Positions 48,989-60,990 of a stretch of 64,000 nucleotides of DNA are shown here, piece after piece. Within the stretch, counting starts at the first letter, position 1; each line of letters opens with the position of its first letter. The notes beneath the pieces are model-generated. The model made no database searches. It saw nothing but the letters and a program-made list of their open reading frames with translations, and had not been told where the DNA came from. The stretch comes from Woeseia sp. (lineage in GTDB: Bacteria > Pseudomonadota > Gammaproteobacteria > Steroidobacterales > Woeseiaceae), in contig JABDKF010000267.1 of assembly GCA_013003155.1 (NCBI GenBank), forward strand, positions 6,258 through 70,257, in the 5' to 3' direction. The position numbers and the translations under genes were made by a program.

Positions 48989-49294
48989 TCAGCCGAGCAG
49001 ATGCGCACTGAGAACCGCGATAAACAGGCCTGTCATTATTCCGACCAGCGTACGGCCTGACCAAACGAAGACCAGGACTGCAACGGCCACCGAAAATACT
49101 TCCACGAAGGCCAGATTTATCATCGACAAAGCCAGAACGCCGGCAAGCGCGGCGCCAGGCAGTACCGCAAGTACTCGGCCGGCGATGGAATCCGGCGTTA
49201 TGCGACTGCCCAACAAGTAGCCGGCAATGCGCGTCAGGTAGGTCGCGACCGTCATGACCACAATGGCTAATAGCGTCGCGTTGAAATCAGGCAC
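48989..49294 (-). CDS. AzlD-family membrane protein
   Basis: MTVATYLTRIAG; small hydrophobic gene overlapping azlC. Confidence 0.8.
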   Translation of the reverse strand: MPDFNATLLAIVVMTVATYLTRIAGYLLGSRITPDSIAGRVLAVLPGAALAGVLALSMINLAFVEVFSVAVAVLVFVWSGRTLVGIMTGLFIAVLSAHLLG

Positions 49295-50006
49295 GACGGT
49301 GCAACTCCCGCAATAACGTCACGCCGGCCGCGGCACAAACGCCGGCCATCAACGCCAGAGCCGATCCCACGAAGTTCGCCGCCAGCAAGGTCACAGCCGC
49401 AGAGGCGAGTGGCGCCACCAGCATCCCGATCTTTTGTCCCCGAAAAAAAATGCAAATGAGAATGGCGATATAGAGTGCACCGCCAATCGCGAGGCCTTGA
49501 AGCGTCCGTGCATCCAGCAGAGCTGGCGCACTAACGCCGATAACGGTGCCGATCAGCCAAAAACTGTACATTGCCCATCCGCTGCCGGCGAAAAATGCAA
49601 TCCGATTTGGCGCTCGCTGCTCTTTTTTTGTCAGCACCCAGTTCGCATCGGTTAACACGAATAAAACACCGAATGGCGGCCGCCGCTGTCCGGCCGACAA
49701 GGTCTCGTGCAGAGTGACACCCATTAGTATGTGACGACTGTTGACCAACAGCACGGCCAGAAAGATGCCGGCGTAGGGCAGAGGCTCCTGCCACAACTCC
49801 AGCGCGGCAACCTGCGACGCGCCAGCGAACACAGCGGCACTCATCAGCACCGTCGAGCCGGCATCAAGCCCTTTTGCCAACGCAATAATGCCGAACAGAA
49901 TTCCGAATACGCCGCCCGCTACGGCGAGACCGACCGTCGCCTTGAAACCCGCGACGAATGAAGGCCAGGCGGGTGCTGGCGCACCGGGTTCAGCCGGTGA
50001 ATTCAT
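49287..50006 (-). CDS. AzlC-family branched-chain amino acid exporter
   Basis: MSAAVFAGASQ, LVNSRHILMG, LTDANW. Confidence 0.88.
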   Translation of the reverse strand: MNSPAEPGAPAPAWPSFVAGFKATVGLAVAGGVFGILFGIIALAKGLDAGSTVLMSAAVFAGASQVAALELWQEPLPYAGIFLAVLLVNSRHILMGVTLHETLSAGQRRPPFGVLFVLTDANWVLTKKEQRAPNRIAFFAGSGWAMYSFWLIGTVIGVSAPALLDARTLQGLAIGGALYIAILICIFFRGQKIGMLVAPLASAAVTLLAANFVGSALALMAGVCAAAGVTLLRELHRRA

Positions 50007-50042
50007 GACGCAAAGGCATTTGGTATTGGACTATGACTCACT

Positions 50043-50300
50043 TCAGCCAACCGCGGTGCGACGCCGCAAGCATCGCGCAACGCCGAATAGACTGATCAGC
50101 AACCAGGCGGCCTCGACGATGAAAGCGGAGAAGTTGAATTCGAACAGTAGCGAAACAAGAATGAGGCAGGCGCCAAGTCCGTTTATGACAGAGTACGCGA
50201 GGTTACTCACCTTGAGTCGACCGAGCTGCAGCAACAGGTAGCTGACCAGGATTAACAGCACGCCGATATTTCCGACGAAATCGTGCCAGCGATAGCTCAT
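50043..50300 (-). CDS. Small 3-TM protein (CBU_0592-like)
   Basis: GNIGVLLILVSYLLLQ, NGLGA, NFSAFIVEAAW; AGGGGA RBS. Confidence 0.75.
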   Translation of the reverse strand: MSYRWHDFVGNIGVLLILVSYLLLQLGRLKVSNLAYSVINGLGACLILVSLLFEFNFSAFIVEAAWLLISLFGVARCLRRRTAVG

Positions 50301-50478
50301 TGTGTTTCCCCTGCCTCGAGATTGACGCGGGCTACAGCATAACGGTCGGCGGCGATGCTGTCAGTGCCAGGCACCAGCGATGCGACTGCCGGCGCAGAAC
50401 ATTTTTTACTTGGCCTGCAACCGCGGCAAACAGGTATCATCGATTTATGCACGCCAGCGTGATCTCAACCGCACTGCG

Positions 50479-51222
50479 ATGAAAGATGTATTGACATCTT
50501 TGTCTCGAGACGCCCTTGAGAGTCTGCGTGACCTGACGCCAATCGTCGTGGTCATTGGCGTGTTCCAGGTGCTCGTGCTGGGCAACCCGGCTAGCGGGTT
50601 GACACCACTACTCGCCGGCGGTCTGCTGGTTCTCGTTGGCCTGACGCTTTTTATCTACGGGCTGAAACTTGCGCTGTTCCCTATCGGTGAACGCCTCGCT
50701 TTCGCGCTCGCCAATAAAGGCAGTGCCTTCTGGCTACTGACATTCGCGTTCCTGCTGGGCTTCGGCACAACCATAGCGGAACCCGCCTTGCTCGCAGTCG
50801 CAGAAGAAGCGTCGCGAGTAGCGGCGATGGGCGGCGCGATCGCCAATACGCCGGATGGCCGCGCAGAATATGCCTTTCTGCTACGCCTTAGTGTTGCCAC
50901 AGCGGTCGGCGTGGCTATCGTGCTCGGCGTCCTGCGAATCATTGCGGCATGGTCGCTGCCGTTCATGATCATTTCAGGCTACCTGCTGGTAATCCTGCTT
51001 ACGACAATCGCGCCGCCGGAGATCGTGGGCATCGCTTACGATTCTGGCGCGGTAACAACATCGACAGTAACGGTACCGCTCGTCACGGCGCTCGGTGTCG
51101 GCCTTGCTGGCGCGGTGCGCGGTCGCAATCCCATGCTCGATGGTTTCGGACTGATTGCATTTGCTTCGCTGACACCTATTTTGTTTGTAATGCTGTTCGG
51201 AATATTGACGCAATGGAACTGA
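50479..51222 (+). CDS. DUF1538 membrane protein
   Basis: [39 protein letters not shown]. Confidence 0.88.
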   Translation: MKDVLTSLSRDALESLRDLTPIVVVIGVFQVLVLGNPASGLTPLLAGGLLVLVGLTLFIYGLKLALFPIGERLAFALANKGSAFWLLTFAFLLGFGTTIAEPALLAVAEEASRVAAMGGAIANTPDGRAEYAFLLRLSVATAVGVAIVLGVLRIIAAWSLPFMIISGYLLVILLTTIAPPEIVGIAYDSGAVTTSTVTVPLVTALGVGLAGAVRGRNPMLDGFGLIAFASLTPILFVMLFGILTQWN

Positions 51223-52004
51223 TACGCGACGCGCTGGCAACATTCGCCGACACCGCGCTGGACGTCTTTCCCATTGCGCTTTTTCTGTTTGCATTCCAGC
51301 GCATCGTCATCGGTGGGCCGATGCCCGAGCGGAAATCAATTCTAACGGGCTTCTTCTTCGTCATCGTCGGTCTTGGCTGCTTTGTAGTCGGGCTGGAGCA
51401 GGCACTATTCCCCTTGGGCAAACTAATGGCCGAACAGTTGACCAGCCCGGAGTTTATTGGCGGCGCCGCCGCAACGCTGCGCTGGCACGACTATTACTGG
51501 GTTTATATTTTTGCGCTGTCATTGGGTTTCAGTACGGCGCTCGCCGAACCGGCTTTGCTGGCCGTGTCGATCAAAGCGCATGAGGTGTCAGGCGGCGCAA
51601 TTCACGTTTGGGGACTCCGCGTCGCGGTCGCTATAGGCGTAGGCACCGGCGTCGCTCTTGGCTGTTACCGAATTGTTGCGGGCACACCGCTACACTACTT
51701 CATAGCTTGCGGTTACGTCCTCGTCGTCGTCCAAACCGTTTTTGCGCCACGCCTTATCGTCCCGCTTGCCTACGACTCCGGCGGCGTCGCTACGTCGACC
51801 GTCACTGTCCCCTTGATCACGGCATTAGGACTCGGACTGGCCGAGGCTGTGCCCGGCCGGAGCCCCTTGATGGATGGCTTCGGACTCGTCGCCTTCGCCT
51901 GCCTGTTCGCTGTTATTTCGGTATTGGCTTATGCGCAGCTTTCCGTATTAAGAACCGGCCGAACCGCCGGCCAACATTTTGTTTCGAAAACCTCACAGGA
52001 CTAA
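51213..52004 (+). CDS. DUF1538 membrane protein (paralog)
   Basis: [37 protein letters not shown]. Confidence 0.88.
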   Translation: MELIRDALATFADTALDVFPIALFLFAFQRIVIGGPMPERKSILTGFFFVIVGLGCFVVGLEQALFPLGKLMAEQLTSPEFIGGAAATLRWHDYYWVYIFALSLGFSTALAEPALLAVSIKAHEVSGGAIHVWGLRVAVAIGVGTGVALGCYRIVAGTPLHYFIACGYVLVVVQTVFAPRLIVPLAYDSGGVATSTVTVPLITALGLGLAEAVPGRSPLMDGFGLVAFACLFAVISVLAYAQLSVLRTGRTAGQHFVSKTSQD

Positions 52005-52008
52005 GATC

Positions 52009-52359
52009 ATGCATTTCAAACTCATTATTGCCTTTGTCGAAGACAGTAAAACTGATGCGGTGATGGTCGCAGCGCGCGACGCCGGCGCGACCGGCTGTAC
52101 GGTCATCAGCAATGCCCGCGGTGAAGGCCTCAAGCAGAACAAAACGTTCTTCGGTTTAACGCTAGCCAGCCAACGTGACGTCGTACTGCTGCTCGTTGAA
52201 GAGCACTTGAGCCGACATATTCTGGAGAGTATTGGCCAGGTCGGCGAGTTCGACAAGAAACCAGGCACAGGCATCGCGGTTCAACTGGACGTTGAGGATG
52301 CCGTGGGCGTCGTAAGCCAGTCAGAACAATTGAGAGAAGTTGTGGAGGATCAGCTATGA
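52009..52359 (+). CDS. PII-like signal transduction protein
   Basis: KLIIAFV, AGATGCTVISNARGEG, PGTGIAVQLDVEDAVG. Confidence 0.88.
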   Translation: MHFKLIIAFVEDSKTDAVMVAARDAGATGCTVISNARGEGLKQNKTFFGLTLASQRDVVLLLVEEHLSRHILESIGQVGEFDKKPGTGIAVQLDVEDAVGVVSQSEQLREVVEDQL

Positions 52360-52760
52360 GCGAGAAATCTTGGGTACCGGTCCGCGCCGTCATGCGCACC
52401 GATGTGACACAGGTCGATGGTAAGTTGGACGTACTGTCTGCGCTGAAGATCATGAAAAAGGTGAAGGCAACGAGCCTGATCGTCGGGCGTCGCGACGAAC
52501 GCGACGAAGTGGGCATGTTGCTGTTTTCGGACGTTGCCAAGCAGGTCATTGCGAAGGACCGGGCGCCGGAGCGCACCAACGTTTACGAGATTATGGCGAA
52601 GCCGGTCATCTCGGTGCGGCCGGATATGGATATCCGCAACTGTGCGCGCCTGTTTGAACGATTTGGCATCAGCCACGCGCCGGTGCTTGAGAACGACAAG
52701 GTGATCGGTATTGTCAGCTATTATTTGCTGGTTCTCGAGGGCCTGCCTGACCTGGACTAG
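52356..52760 (+). CDS. CBS-pair protein
   Basis: VRAVMRT...VYEIMAKPVISVRPD...PVLENDKVIGIVS. Confidence 0.88.
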   Translation: MSEKSWVPVRAVMRTDVTQVDGKLDVLSALKIMKKVKATSLIVGRRDERDEVGMLLFSDVAKQVIAKDRAPERTNVYEIMAKPVISVRPDMDIRNCARLFERFGISHAPVLENDKVIGIVSYYLLVLEGLPDLD

Positions 52761-52772
52761 AACGCCGCTGTG

Positions 52773-53969
52773 TCAGAAAGGACCGGGCGGCGTAGCGCGA
52801 CGTCGCGGCGGGTCCCAGAATGGTTTATCGACGACCCTCGCCTCTGCCATCACGCGCGACCAGTGCATTTCGCGCTGGTAATAAATTTCCACCCACAATC
52901 TGCTGCCCGGTGCTCCGTGCGGCATGCTGACGGTGCCAATCGCAATATTCTGTTTGCATACCGGCGACCAGGTAGCTGAGGTTACAAAGCCGACTTTCTT
53001 CGTCCGCCCGCGAATCCGTGTATGAATGTAGGAATGATTCGCCGGCTTGTTGCCATCGATATCAAGCTTGACGAGCCTCCAGTTCGAGCCGTCACGTTGT
53101 TCGTCAGCCAACGCTCGCCTGCCGTTGAAATTGGGTTTCTTGAAATCGACGAGCCAGCCGAGTCCGAGTTCAAAGGGAGAGCGTGACCGACCGCTACGCA
53201 CCGTTTCCATGGCGGGCACGAAATCGATTCCTGCCGTCAGAAAACCCGCCTCAATTCTTGCCATATCCAGTGCGTGCGTGCCCATTGCCTTGATGCCATA
53301 AAGGCGTCCAGCGTCGAACAGGGCATCCCAAAGGGGCAACGCCGCGGCGGCCTCAATCCACAACTCGTAACCCAGATCGCCGGTGAAGCCGGTACGCGAC
53401 ACCGTCAATTCCGCACCGTGAAAATCGCAGTGCATTAGCCCGAACGGTTTGAGCGCAGCCAGACCTTCGATCCCGAGCTCCTGCAGCACGCTGAAAGACG
53501 TGGGTCCCTGCACCGCGAGCGCAGCGATGTCGCCGGTTTCCTCCACAATAGAAACGTCCATGCCAACAGCGGCAACAGTTAGCCAGGCAAGATGGCGTTC
53601 CTGCGAGCACAAACGATACTCGCCTTCGCGCAGGTGAAAGATTGTACCGTCATCGATCACCTGCCCCTGATCATCGCACCATGCCGCGTACGCCACGCGA
53701 CCCGGGCGAATCTTGTGCATGTCGCGTGTTACGAGCCGATCAATGTAGGTAAGCGAATCGGGACCAGTGATTCGGTATTTAGTCATCGGGGTCAGATCAA
53801 ACACCGCCGTACTGTTGCGTATCGCAAAGTACTCGAGTTCCGCGTCGTACAGCGCATCCGCTGTCGTGTACCCTTTCCAGCAATGCCACGAATTCAACCG
53901 GTCCAGCGCCTGCAGCCGTGGGTAAAACGGTGTCTGCAATCGATTCAGGTTCACTTCCGGGATACTCAT
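52773..53969 (-). CDS. GcvT/DmdA-family tetrahydrofolate-dependent aminomethyltransferase
   Basis: EYFAIRNSTAVFDLTP, IDDGT, AVQGP, SRTGFTGDLGYEL, RIEAG, PFWDP. Confidence 0.9.
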   Translation of the reverse strand: MSIPEVNLNRLQTPFYPRLQALDRLNSWHCWKGYTTADALYDAELEYFAIRNSTAVFDLTPMTKYRITGPDSLTYIDRLVTRDMHKIRPGRVAYAAWCDDQGQVIDDGTIFHLREGEYRLCSQERHLAWLTVAAVGMDVSIVEETGDIAALAVQGPTSFSVLQELGIEGLAALKPFGLMHCDFHGAELTVSRTGFTGDLGYELWIEAAAALPLWDALFDAGRLYGIKAMGTHALDMARIEAGFLTAGIDFVPAMETVRSGRSRSPFELGLGWLVDFKKPNFNGRRALADEQRDGSNWRLVKLDIDGNKPANHSYIHTRIRGRTKKVGFVTSATWSPVCKQNIAIGTVSMPHGAPGSRLWVEIYYQREMHWSRVMAEARVVDKPFWDPPRRRATPPGPF

Positions 53970-55510
53970 GCGCTTTTCTCCCGCCGCAGAATCGCGCGCG
54001 CCGCGTTGTAACCGGCAGCACCGGACACATTGCCTCCCGGGTGTGCGCCGGCGCCGCAAAGAAACAGGCCTTCCAGCGGCATGGCGTACTGCGCCGCGCT
54101 CGACACCGGCCTTACGAACATGAATTGGTCGAGCGTCAACTCCCCGTGATGCCAGTGTCCGCCGCTCACCCCGAAACACGCTTCAATATCGGCCGGCGTT
54201 AACAATTCGATGGCGAGAACGTCATGCTCGATTCCTGGCATATAGCGCGCCAAAGTAGCCAGTGCCGTTTGCTCAAACGCGGCTCGTTGCGCATCAGTCC
54301 ACCCCCCTTGCAAGGTGTGCGGCGCGTATTGCACCACGGCCGACAGCACGTGCCCGCCTTGCGGCGCAAACGACGCATCACAGGCGCTGGGAAAACAAAT
54401 TTCGAATACGGGCTCCGGGGAATACTGGCCGTACTTCGCTGGGTTGAAGGCCCGCTCGACGTAGTTTGCATCCGGCGCGATTACAAGTCGCTCGTTGTAG
54501 TCGCGTTCGTCGAATCCCTTTATGTCGGGAAGGCGGGCCAGGGCAAGATGCAGCTTCGCGGCGTTGCCGCGCATACGGATATTGCCGATGCGCCGCGTAA
54601 ACCCGGTCTCCAGGTGTCGGCTACCAACGAGATCCAATATCGTCCGGCGCGGGTCGACGTTCGAAATAATTGTAAAACTATCGAAACGTTGACCGTCGCC
54701 GGTTTCGACGCCGACTGCACGGCCATTCTCAACAACAATTCTTTCGACAACACTGGAAGTGAGAATGCGTACGCCGCGATTAGTCGCGCAACTCGCCAAT
54801 GTCGCACTGACAGCGCCCATGCCGCCGCTTGGGATCGAAATTTGCCCGCCCGTCGCCGCCATGCGGTACAGGTAGGTCAACACCGTATTTGGCGAACGCG
54901 GTCCCAGGTGAGTGCCAAGCACCGCGTCAAGGCTGAGCAATCCTTTGAGGAGCGGACTCTCGAAGCATTCTTCGAGCTCATCGTAGATGTTCATGCCCAC
55001 CACGCGCAGGAACTCCCGCATGTCGGTCCGGCCGAGGCGGCGCAGGTCGAGGCCCAGGCCGGTAAGCGCAAGCACGTCATCCCGGTTGCGCGTGCCAAGT
55101 CGGGGCGGAGACCTCAGCAACTGTCGATTGAGCAATCGTGCAAAGCGCCGCATGCGGCGTTGAAATTTTGCCAGCGCGTACCGGTCCTTCTCGTTCACTC
55201 CCTGCACTTCGTCGCCGCGCAGGCGCACGTGCTGTCCGTCCTCGGACAGCGCAATGGAAGCCATGTTGTCAGACGCGAGCTCGATCTTTACGTCGAGCTC
55301 ACGCATGACCTGCGGCTGCAAGCCATAGAGCAGGTGCGCAACGCTCGATACCGAGTACTGATCCGCGAAATTTTCCGTCACGGCGGAGCCGCCGACCTGA
55401 TCGCGGGCCTCCAGCACCAGCACCTCACGCCCCGCTTTCGCCAGCATTGCGGCGCAGGTCAGGCCGTTGTGACCTGCGCCGATGACGATCGCGTCAAAGC
55501 GCTCAGTCAT
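53966..55510 (-). CDS. Phytoene-dehydrogenase-like (COG1233) FAD oxidoreductase
   Basis: IGAGHNGL, GGMG, GGHWHHGEL, LCGAGAHPGG. Confidence 0.88.
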   Translation of the reverse strand: MTERFDAIVIGAGHNGLTCAAMLAKAGREVLVLEARDQVGGSAVTENFADQYSVSSVAHLLYGLQPQVMRELDVKIELASDNMASIALSEDGQHVRLRGDEVQGVNEKDRYALAKFQRRMRRFARLLNRQLLRSPPRLGTRNRDDVLALTGLGLDLRRLGRTDMREFLRVVGMNIYDELEECFESPLLKGLLSLDAVLGTHLGPRSPNTVLTYLYRMAATGGQISIPSGGMGAVSATLASCATNRGVRILTSSVVERIVVENGRAVGVETGDGQRFDSFTIISNVDPRRTILDLVGSRHLETGFTRRIGNIRMRGNAAKLHLALARLPDIKGFDERDYNERLVIAPDANYVERAFNPAKYGQYSPEPVFEICFPSACDASFAPQGGHVLSAVVQYAPHTLQGGWTDAQRAAFEQTALATLARYMPGIEHDVLAIELLTPADIEACFGVSGGHWHHGELTLDQFMFVRPVSSAAQYAMPLEGLFLCGAGAHPGGNVSGAAGYNAARAILRREKSA

Positions 55511-57119
55511 CGCCAAAATTCTCCGGCACCGTGTTGGGGCGCTTGAGGTCTGCAAGAATCTCGCGTGCCGCATTGGCACCCGGCGCGGCCATAACGCCGC
55601 CGCCGGGGTGGGTACTTGAGCCGCACAGATACAAACCGGAAACCGGACCCCTGTACTGCGCGTATCCCGGGATTGGCCGGTTGAAGAGCAGTTGATCCAT
55701 CGTCAGCTCGCCGTGGAATATATTGCCCTCGGTCAGACCCGCCTCGTTCTCAATTTCGCGCGGCGTGCGTACCTCCGCGTGCAGAATGAGATTTTTGAAG
55801 TCCGGACTGTAATCGGCGATCTGATTAATAACTGTTGCGCCGAACGCATCGCGCTCTTCATCCGTCCAGTCGCGACCCGCGAGCCGGGCCGGGCAATATT
55901 GTACGAAGCAGCTCATGAAATGCTTGCCGGGTGGCGCCATCGTGGGGTCCGTGAGCGTGGGAATAACCATATCGATGTAGGGATCTTTGGACCACGTGCC
56001 GTCCTTCCAATCGTCGTAGGCACGTTCCATGCGCTCCATCGAATCGACAAAATGCATGTCGCCGTCAAGCAGCGGACTGCCTTTAGGCAAAGCCGGGAAA
56101 GTAGGCAAGCCGTCGAGCGCAATGTTGAGCTTGCCGGATGAGCCACGAATCTTGAAGTTCTTGACACGCTGGTAAAACGCATCCGGCAGATCGCTTTTGT
56201 CCATGCACTTCAGGAAAGTGCGTTTTACGTCCAGTCCGGACACGACGATCGGCGCATCGAGCTCGTCACCGTTTGACAACGCAATTCCACAAACTTTCCC
56301 CTTGGCAACGCGAATTTGTTCGACGCCCGCGTCGGTTCGCAAGTCGCCCCCGTACGACTGAAACGCGCCGGCAATGGCGTCAGCGACTGCCCCCATGCCA
56401 CCGCGTGCGTAGCCCCACGAACCGATATTGCCGTCGACGTCGCCCATGTAGTGGTGCAATAGCACGTAGGCTGTTCCGGGAGAGTGAATACCCAGGGCGG
56501 TTCCAATGATGCCACTGCCAGACAGCGACGCCTTGATAACGTCCGTTTCGAAATACTCGTCCAGGTATTCGGCAACACTCATCGTCCAGAACCGAATCGT
56601 GTCATACATCCGGTCTTCACCCATTTCCAGAAATTTGTTACCGATATGCATCAGCTCACGAATGTCACGCAGCTTGAAGGACGTGGGGTCCGGCGGTGTG
56701 CGCAACAAAGTGTCACGAATGAAGCGGCATTGCCGCATGACATCGGCCGAATATTGCTGATAGGCATCCGCATCGTGTTTCGAAAAACGCGCGTATTCGC
56801 GATGCCTGACCTCGCTATCCCAGTAGGACCCGAGGTAGTCCCCGTTCTGCATGAAGGTGACACCCCCGCCGTAGGGCGTTACCTGCAGGCCGTGCCGATG
56901 CAGCTCCAGCGCGCGAAATATCTCCGGTCGCAATAACGAGCATACGTAGGAACAATTAGAGTAAATCCAGTCCTTGTAAAGGTTGCGACTAACCGTGGCA
57001 CCGCCGATATATTCGTTCTTTTCTACGCACGCGACGTTCAATCCGGATTTCGCCAGAAACGCTGCAGTTGTCAGGCCATTGTGACCTGCACCAACAACAA
57101 TTACGTCGTAGCTCTTCAT
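55503..57119 (-). CDS. Phytoene-dehydrogenase-like (COG1233/PYROXD2-like) FAD oxidoreductase
   Basis: VGAGHNGL, CSYVCSLLRP, AYVLLHHYMG, GNIFHGEL, CGSSTHPGGGV. Confidence 0.9.
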   Translation of the reverse strand: MKSYDVIVVGAGHNGLTTAAFLAKSGLNVACVEKNEYIGGATVSRNLYKDWIYSNCSYVCSLLRPEIFRALELHRHGLQVTPYGGGVTFMQNGDYLGSYWDSEVRHREYARFSKHDADAYQQYSADVMRQCRFIRDTLLRTPPDPTSFKLRDIRELMHIGNKFLEMGEDRMYDTIRFWTMSVAEYLDEYFETDVIKASLSGSGIIGTALGIHSPGTAYVLLHHYMGDVDGNIGSWGYARGGMGAVADAIAGAFQSYGGDLRTDAGVEQIRVAKGKVCGIALSNGDELDAPIVVSGLDVKRTFLKCMDKSDLPDAFYQRVKNFKIRGSSGKLNIALDGLPTFPALPKGSPLLDGDMHFVDSMERMERAYDDWKDGTWSKDPYIDMVIPTLTDPTMAPPGKHFMSCFVQYCPARLAGRDWTDEERDAFGATVINQIADYSPDFKNLILHAEVRTPREIENEAGLTEGNIFHGELTMDQLLFNRPIPGYAQYRGPVSGLYLCGSSTHPGGGVMAAPGANAAREILADLKRPNTVPENFGDD

Positions 57120-57180
57120 CGTGCGGCGCTGCTCCGGCCTACTTGGCGCAAACATGCGCCGGCGGCAAATGATACTCGAG

Positions 57181-58392
57181 TCATAGCTTATCGTCCGCGA
57201 GCTGTTGAAGAAGCCACGTGATGTAACGCGCCTGCATTTGTTCCATCGCAGAAAAAGGGCCCGGCCGATAGTATGTCGACTGCACGCCACGCCAGTTATT
57301 GACAATAATGCGTTTGTCGGCTTGCGTTGTGACATCCCAGAGCCAGGTCAACTCCGTTTCGTCGTAGTCCTCACCCGCCTCGGCATCGTCGCGAACCAGC
57401 CAGAAAATTTCGCACTTGCAATGCGTTGCGTCGATGGGTGTAAACACGTAGGCGACGACGTGATCACTATAGGCAAGCAGAAAGGAAAATGGGCCTACCG
57501 TGAAATCGGACGCACCCCCGTCGAAATCCGTCAGCTCGCCGAGCAGAGGCGCCAACGGACGACCGTCTCGACTGCCCGTCTGGTAGCCGTCGAATAAGGC
57601 AGTCCGACTGTAGCCGTAACCCTGTTCGTCCGGGCGTGCATGCGTATCGATAAAATCAATGTTCAGATCGACGAGGCCGCAGTCGGACATGCGTTTGCGC
57701 ATCTCCTGCTGGACGCGAGACCGCTTGGCCGGATCCAGCATCAGCGTATGCATACGCGCATACTCGGGATGCGCGCTGGCGCAGTGATAACACTCCTGGT
57801 AATTCTCGATCGCCAGTTTCCAGTTGGCGGCGAACTCGTAGGATTTTTTTGCGGCCACCTTCAGGTTTTCAAATCCAAACATTGCAAAGGGCCGCGCCAG
57901 ATCAGCACGCGCCCCTGCAAGTGACGGCGGCCGATCGGAAAAACAAATAAAAATTAGCCCTCCCAGCACCTCAAGCGCGACCGCATGCAGTGAAAACGGG
58001 CCCTTGTCGAATTCGGCTGGCATGCTGCGGGCCGCCAGCAAGCTGCCATCGAGATCGTACATCCAGCCATGATACGGGCACTCGAACTTGCGCGTGTTGC
58101 CCTGGTGTGCGAGACAAACCAGCGACCCGCGGTGCCGGCAGACATTCGCATGTGCCAGCAACTCGCCCGACTTCCCACGAACGATAATTGCCGATTCATT
58201 GGCGACATTGACGACTTTGAAATCCCCCGCCTCCTGCAGTTCTGACACATGCCCCGCCAATACCCAGTTGCGTAAAATAATGCGCTCGATTTCGAGCTCA
58301 AAAATCGCCGGATCTGTGTAAAGTCGCTGTTCAAGCGACCAGCCTGGACGTTGGTCGCTGACAAGTTCGGAAATTGTGCGTGGGTCAGTCAT
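57181..58392 (-). CDS. Rieske non-heme iron oxygenase alpha subunit (betaine N-demethylase-like group)
   Basis: NVCRHRG...CPYHGW Rieske cluster; NWKLAIENYQECYHC...HPE iron site. Confidence 0.9.
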   Translation of the reverse strand: MTDPRTISELVSDQRPGWSLEQRLYTDPAIFELEIERIILRNWVLAGHVSELQEAGDFKVVNVANESAIIVRGKSGELLAHANVCRHRGSLVCLAHQGNTRKFECPYHGWMYDLDGSLLAARSMPAEFDKGPFSLHAVALEVLGGLIFICFSDRPPSLAGARADLARPFAMFGFENLKVAAKKSYEFAANWKLAIENYQECYHCASAHPEYARMHTLMLDPAKRSRVQQEMRKRMSDCGLVDLNIDFIDTHARPDEQGYGYSRTALFDGYQTGSRDGRPLAPLLGELTDFDGGASDFTVGPFSFLLAYSDHVVAYVFTPIDATHCKCEIFWLVRDDAEAGEDYDETELTWLWDVTTQADKRIIVNNWRGVQSTYYRPGPFSAMEQMQARYITWLLQQLADDKL

Positions 58393-58519
58393 TGGAGAAC
58401 AACACTACTGGCTGCTTCAACGGCGGACAAGCAAACCGTTGATGTTTCATCCAGCAAGCGCCGTTGCCGTGTAAGACTCTGAACCTTGAGGTAGTATTGC
58501 CGCTTTTGCGCGCCGTCTT

Positions 58520-59026
58520 ATGCCCCGGGAACCCAAGATCACAGCGACAGCCGATAGCGGCGACTTACGCCGCGCATTGGGCACTTTTGCCACGGGAGTG
58601 ACGGTGGTCACTTGCTGCGATGCGCAGGGTCGTGCCTGTGGGATTACCGCTAACAGCTTGAGCTCGGTGTCTCTCGATCCGCCGCTCGTACTGTGGAATA
58701 TTTCGCGCATCTCGAATTCTCTCGAAGCGTTTCTGAATGCGAAGGTGTTTGCTATCAATGTACTTGCCGAGCATCAGCAAGAACTGTCTAATCATTTTGC
58801 CCGTTCCGACCACCGGCTTTTTGACACGGTAGAATTTACACCTGGCCCGGCCGGCGTGCCGTTATTGCCCGAAACGCTCGGCTGTTTCGAATGCAGCACG
58901 CATGAAATTTACGATGGTGGCGACCACTATATTATCGTAGGCAGAATTGAGCAGTCTCGCTGGCGCGAAGGCAAACCGCTGTTGTTCTATGGCGGTCGTT
59001 ACGCCGCACTGGCGGGCTCGCTCTGA
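58520..59026 (+). CDS. Flavin reductase (HpaC/RutF-like)
   Basis: RRALGTFATGVTVVT, SVSLDPPLV, GGDHYI. Confidence 0.92.
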   Translation: MPREPKITATADSGDLRRALGTFATGVTVVTCCDAQGRACGITANSLSSVSLDPPLVLWNISRISNSLEAFLNAKVFAINVLAEHQQELSNHFARSDHRLFDTVEFTPGPAGVPLLPETLGCFECSTHEIYDGGDHYIIVGRIEQSRWREGKPLLFYGGRYAALAGSL

Positions 59027-59081
59027 ATGCTGGATCAGCTGGGATAGAAGTTAATAAGACACAGGCTCAGGAGTAATTGGC

Positions 59082-59525
59082 ATGGACATCGACTGGCCCC
59101 AAATCTGGTTCAACCTGGTTCACCTTATGATTGCCTACGGTCTGGCCCTGCCGGTCGCCTGGGATCGCGAATCGGCGAACCAGGGAATAGGACTGAGGAC
59201 TTTTCCGTTGGTGGCAGTAGCCGCTTGTGGTTATACGCTGGTCGGCATCTCGGTACTTGAAACCACCGACGCAGAAGCGCGCGTACTGCAAGGCCTGATC
59301 ACCGGCATCGGCTTTATCGGCGGCGGCGCAATTCTGAAGAACAACGGCAGTGTCAGCGGCACGGCAACGGCGGCCACTATCTGGATCACCGGGCTGATTG
59401 GCATGGCGGTGGCGCTCGATCGCTACGAGGTGGCCGTACTGATGTCCCTGATCAGCTTCCTGACCCTGCGTTATGTTCGCTACCTGAAAGACGATCCGGA
59501 AGAAGGCAAACCGGGCGAGGATTAA
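59082..59525 (+). CDS. MgtC/SapB family membrane protein
   Basis: GLRTFPLV, GIGFIGGGAIL, GTATAATIW. Confidence 0.9.
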   Translation: MDIDWPQIWFNLVHLMIAYGLALPVAWDRESANQGIGLRTFPLVAVAACGYTLVGISVLETTDAEARVLQGLITGIGFIGGGAILKNNGSVSGTATAATIWITGLIGMAVALDRYEVAVLMSLISFLTLRYVRYLKDDPEEGKPGED

Positions 59526-59601
59526 GCCTGCCCTGCTATAGGTGTGGTATTGCAGGGCTTCCGGAGTCTAGCCAGAATGACGGTCGCAAAAGCCTCGATA
59601 G

Positions 59602-60987
<1,386 letters not shown>

Positions 60988-60990
60988 GCG

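Noticed and set aside
54224-55546. 440-aa plus-strand ORF
   Set aside because: Antisense shadow of the COG1233 gene; no recognisable motifs
53966-57119. Carotenoid biosynthesis linked to the mevalonate cluster
   Set aside because: No phytoene synthase or cyclase; genes are coupled to a GcvT-like gene and lie more than 30 kb from mva
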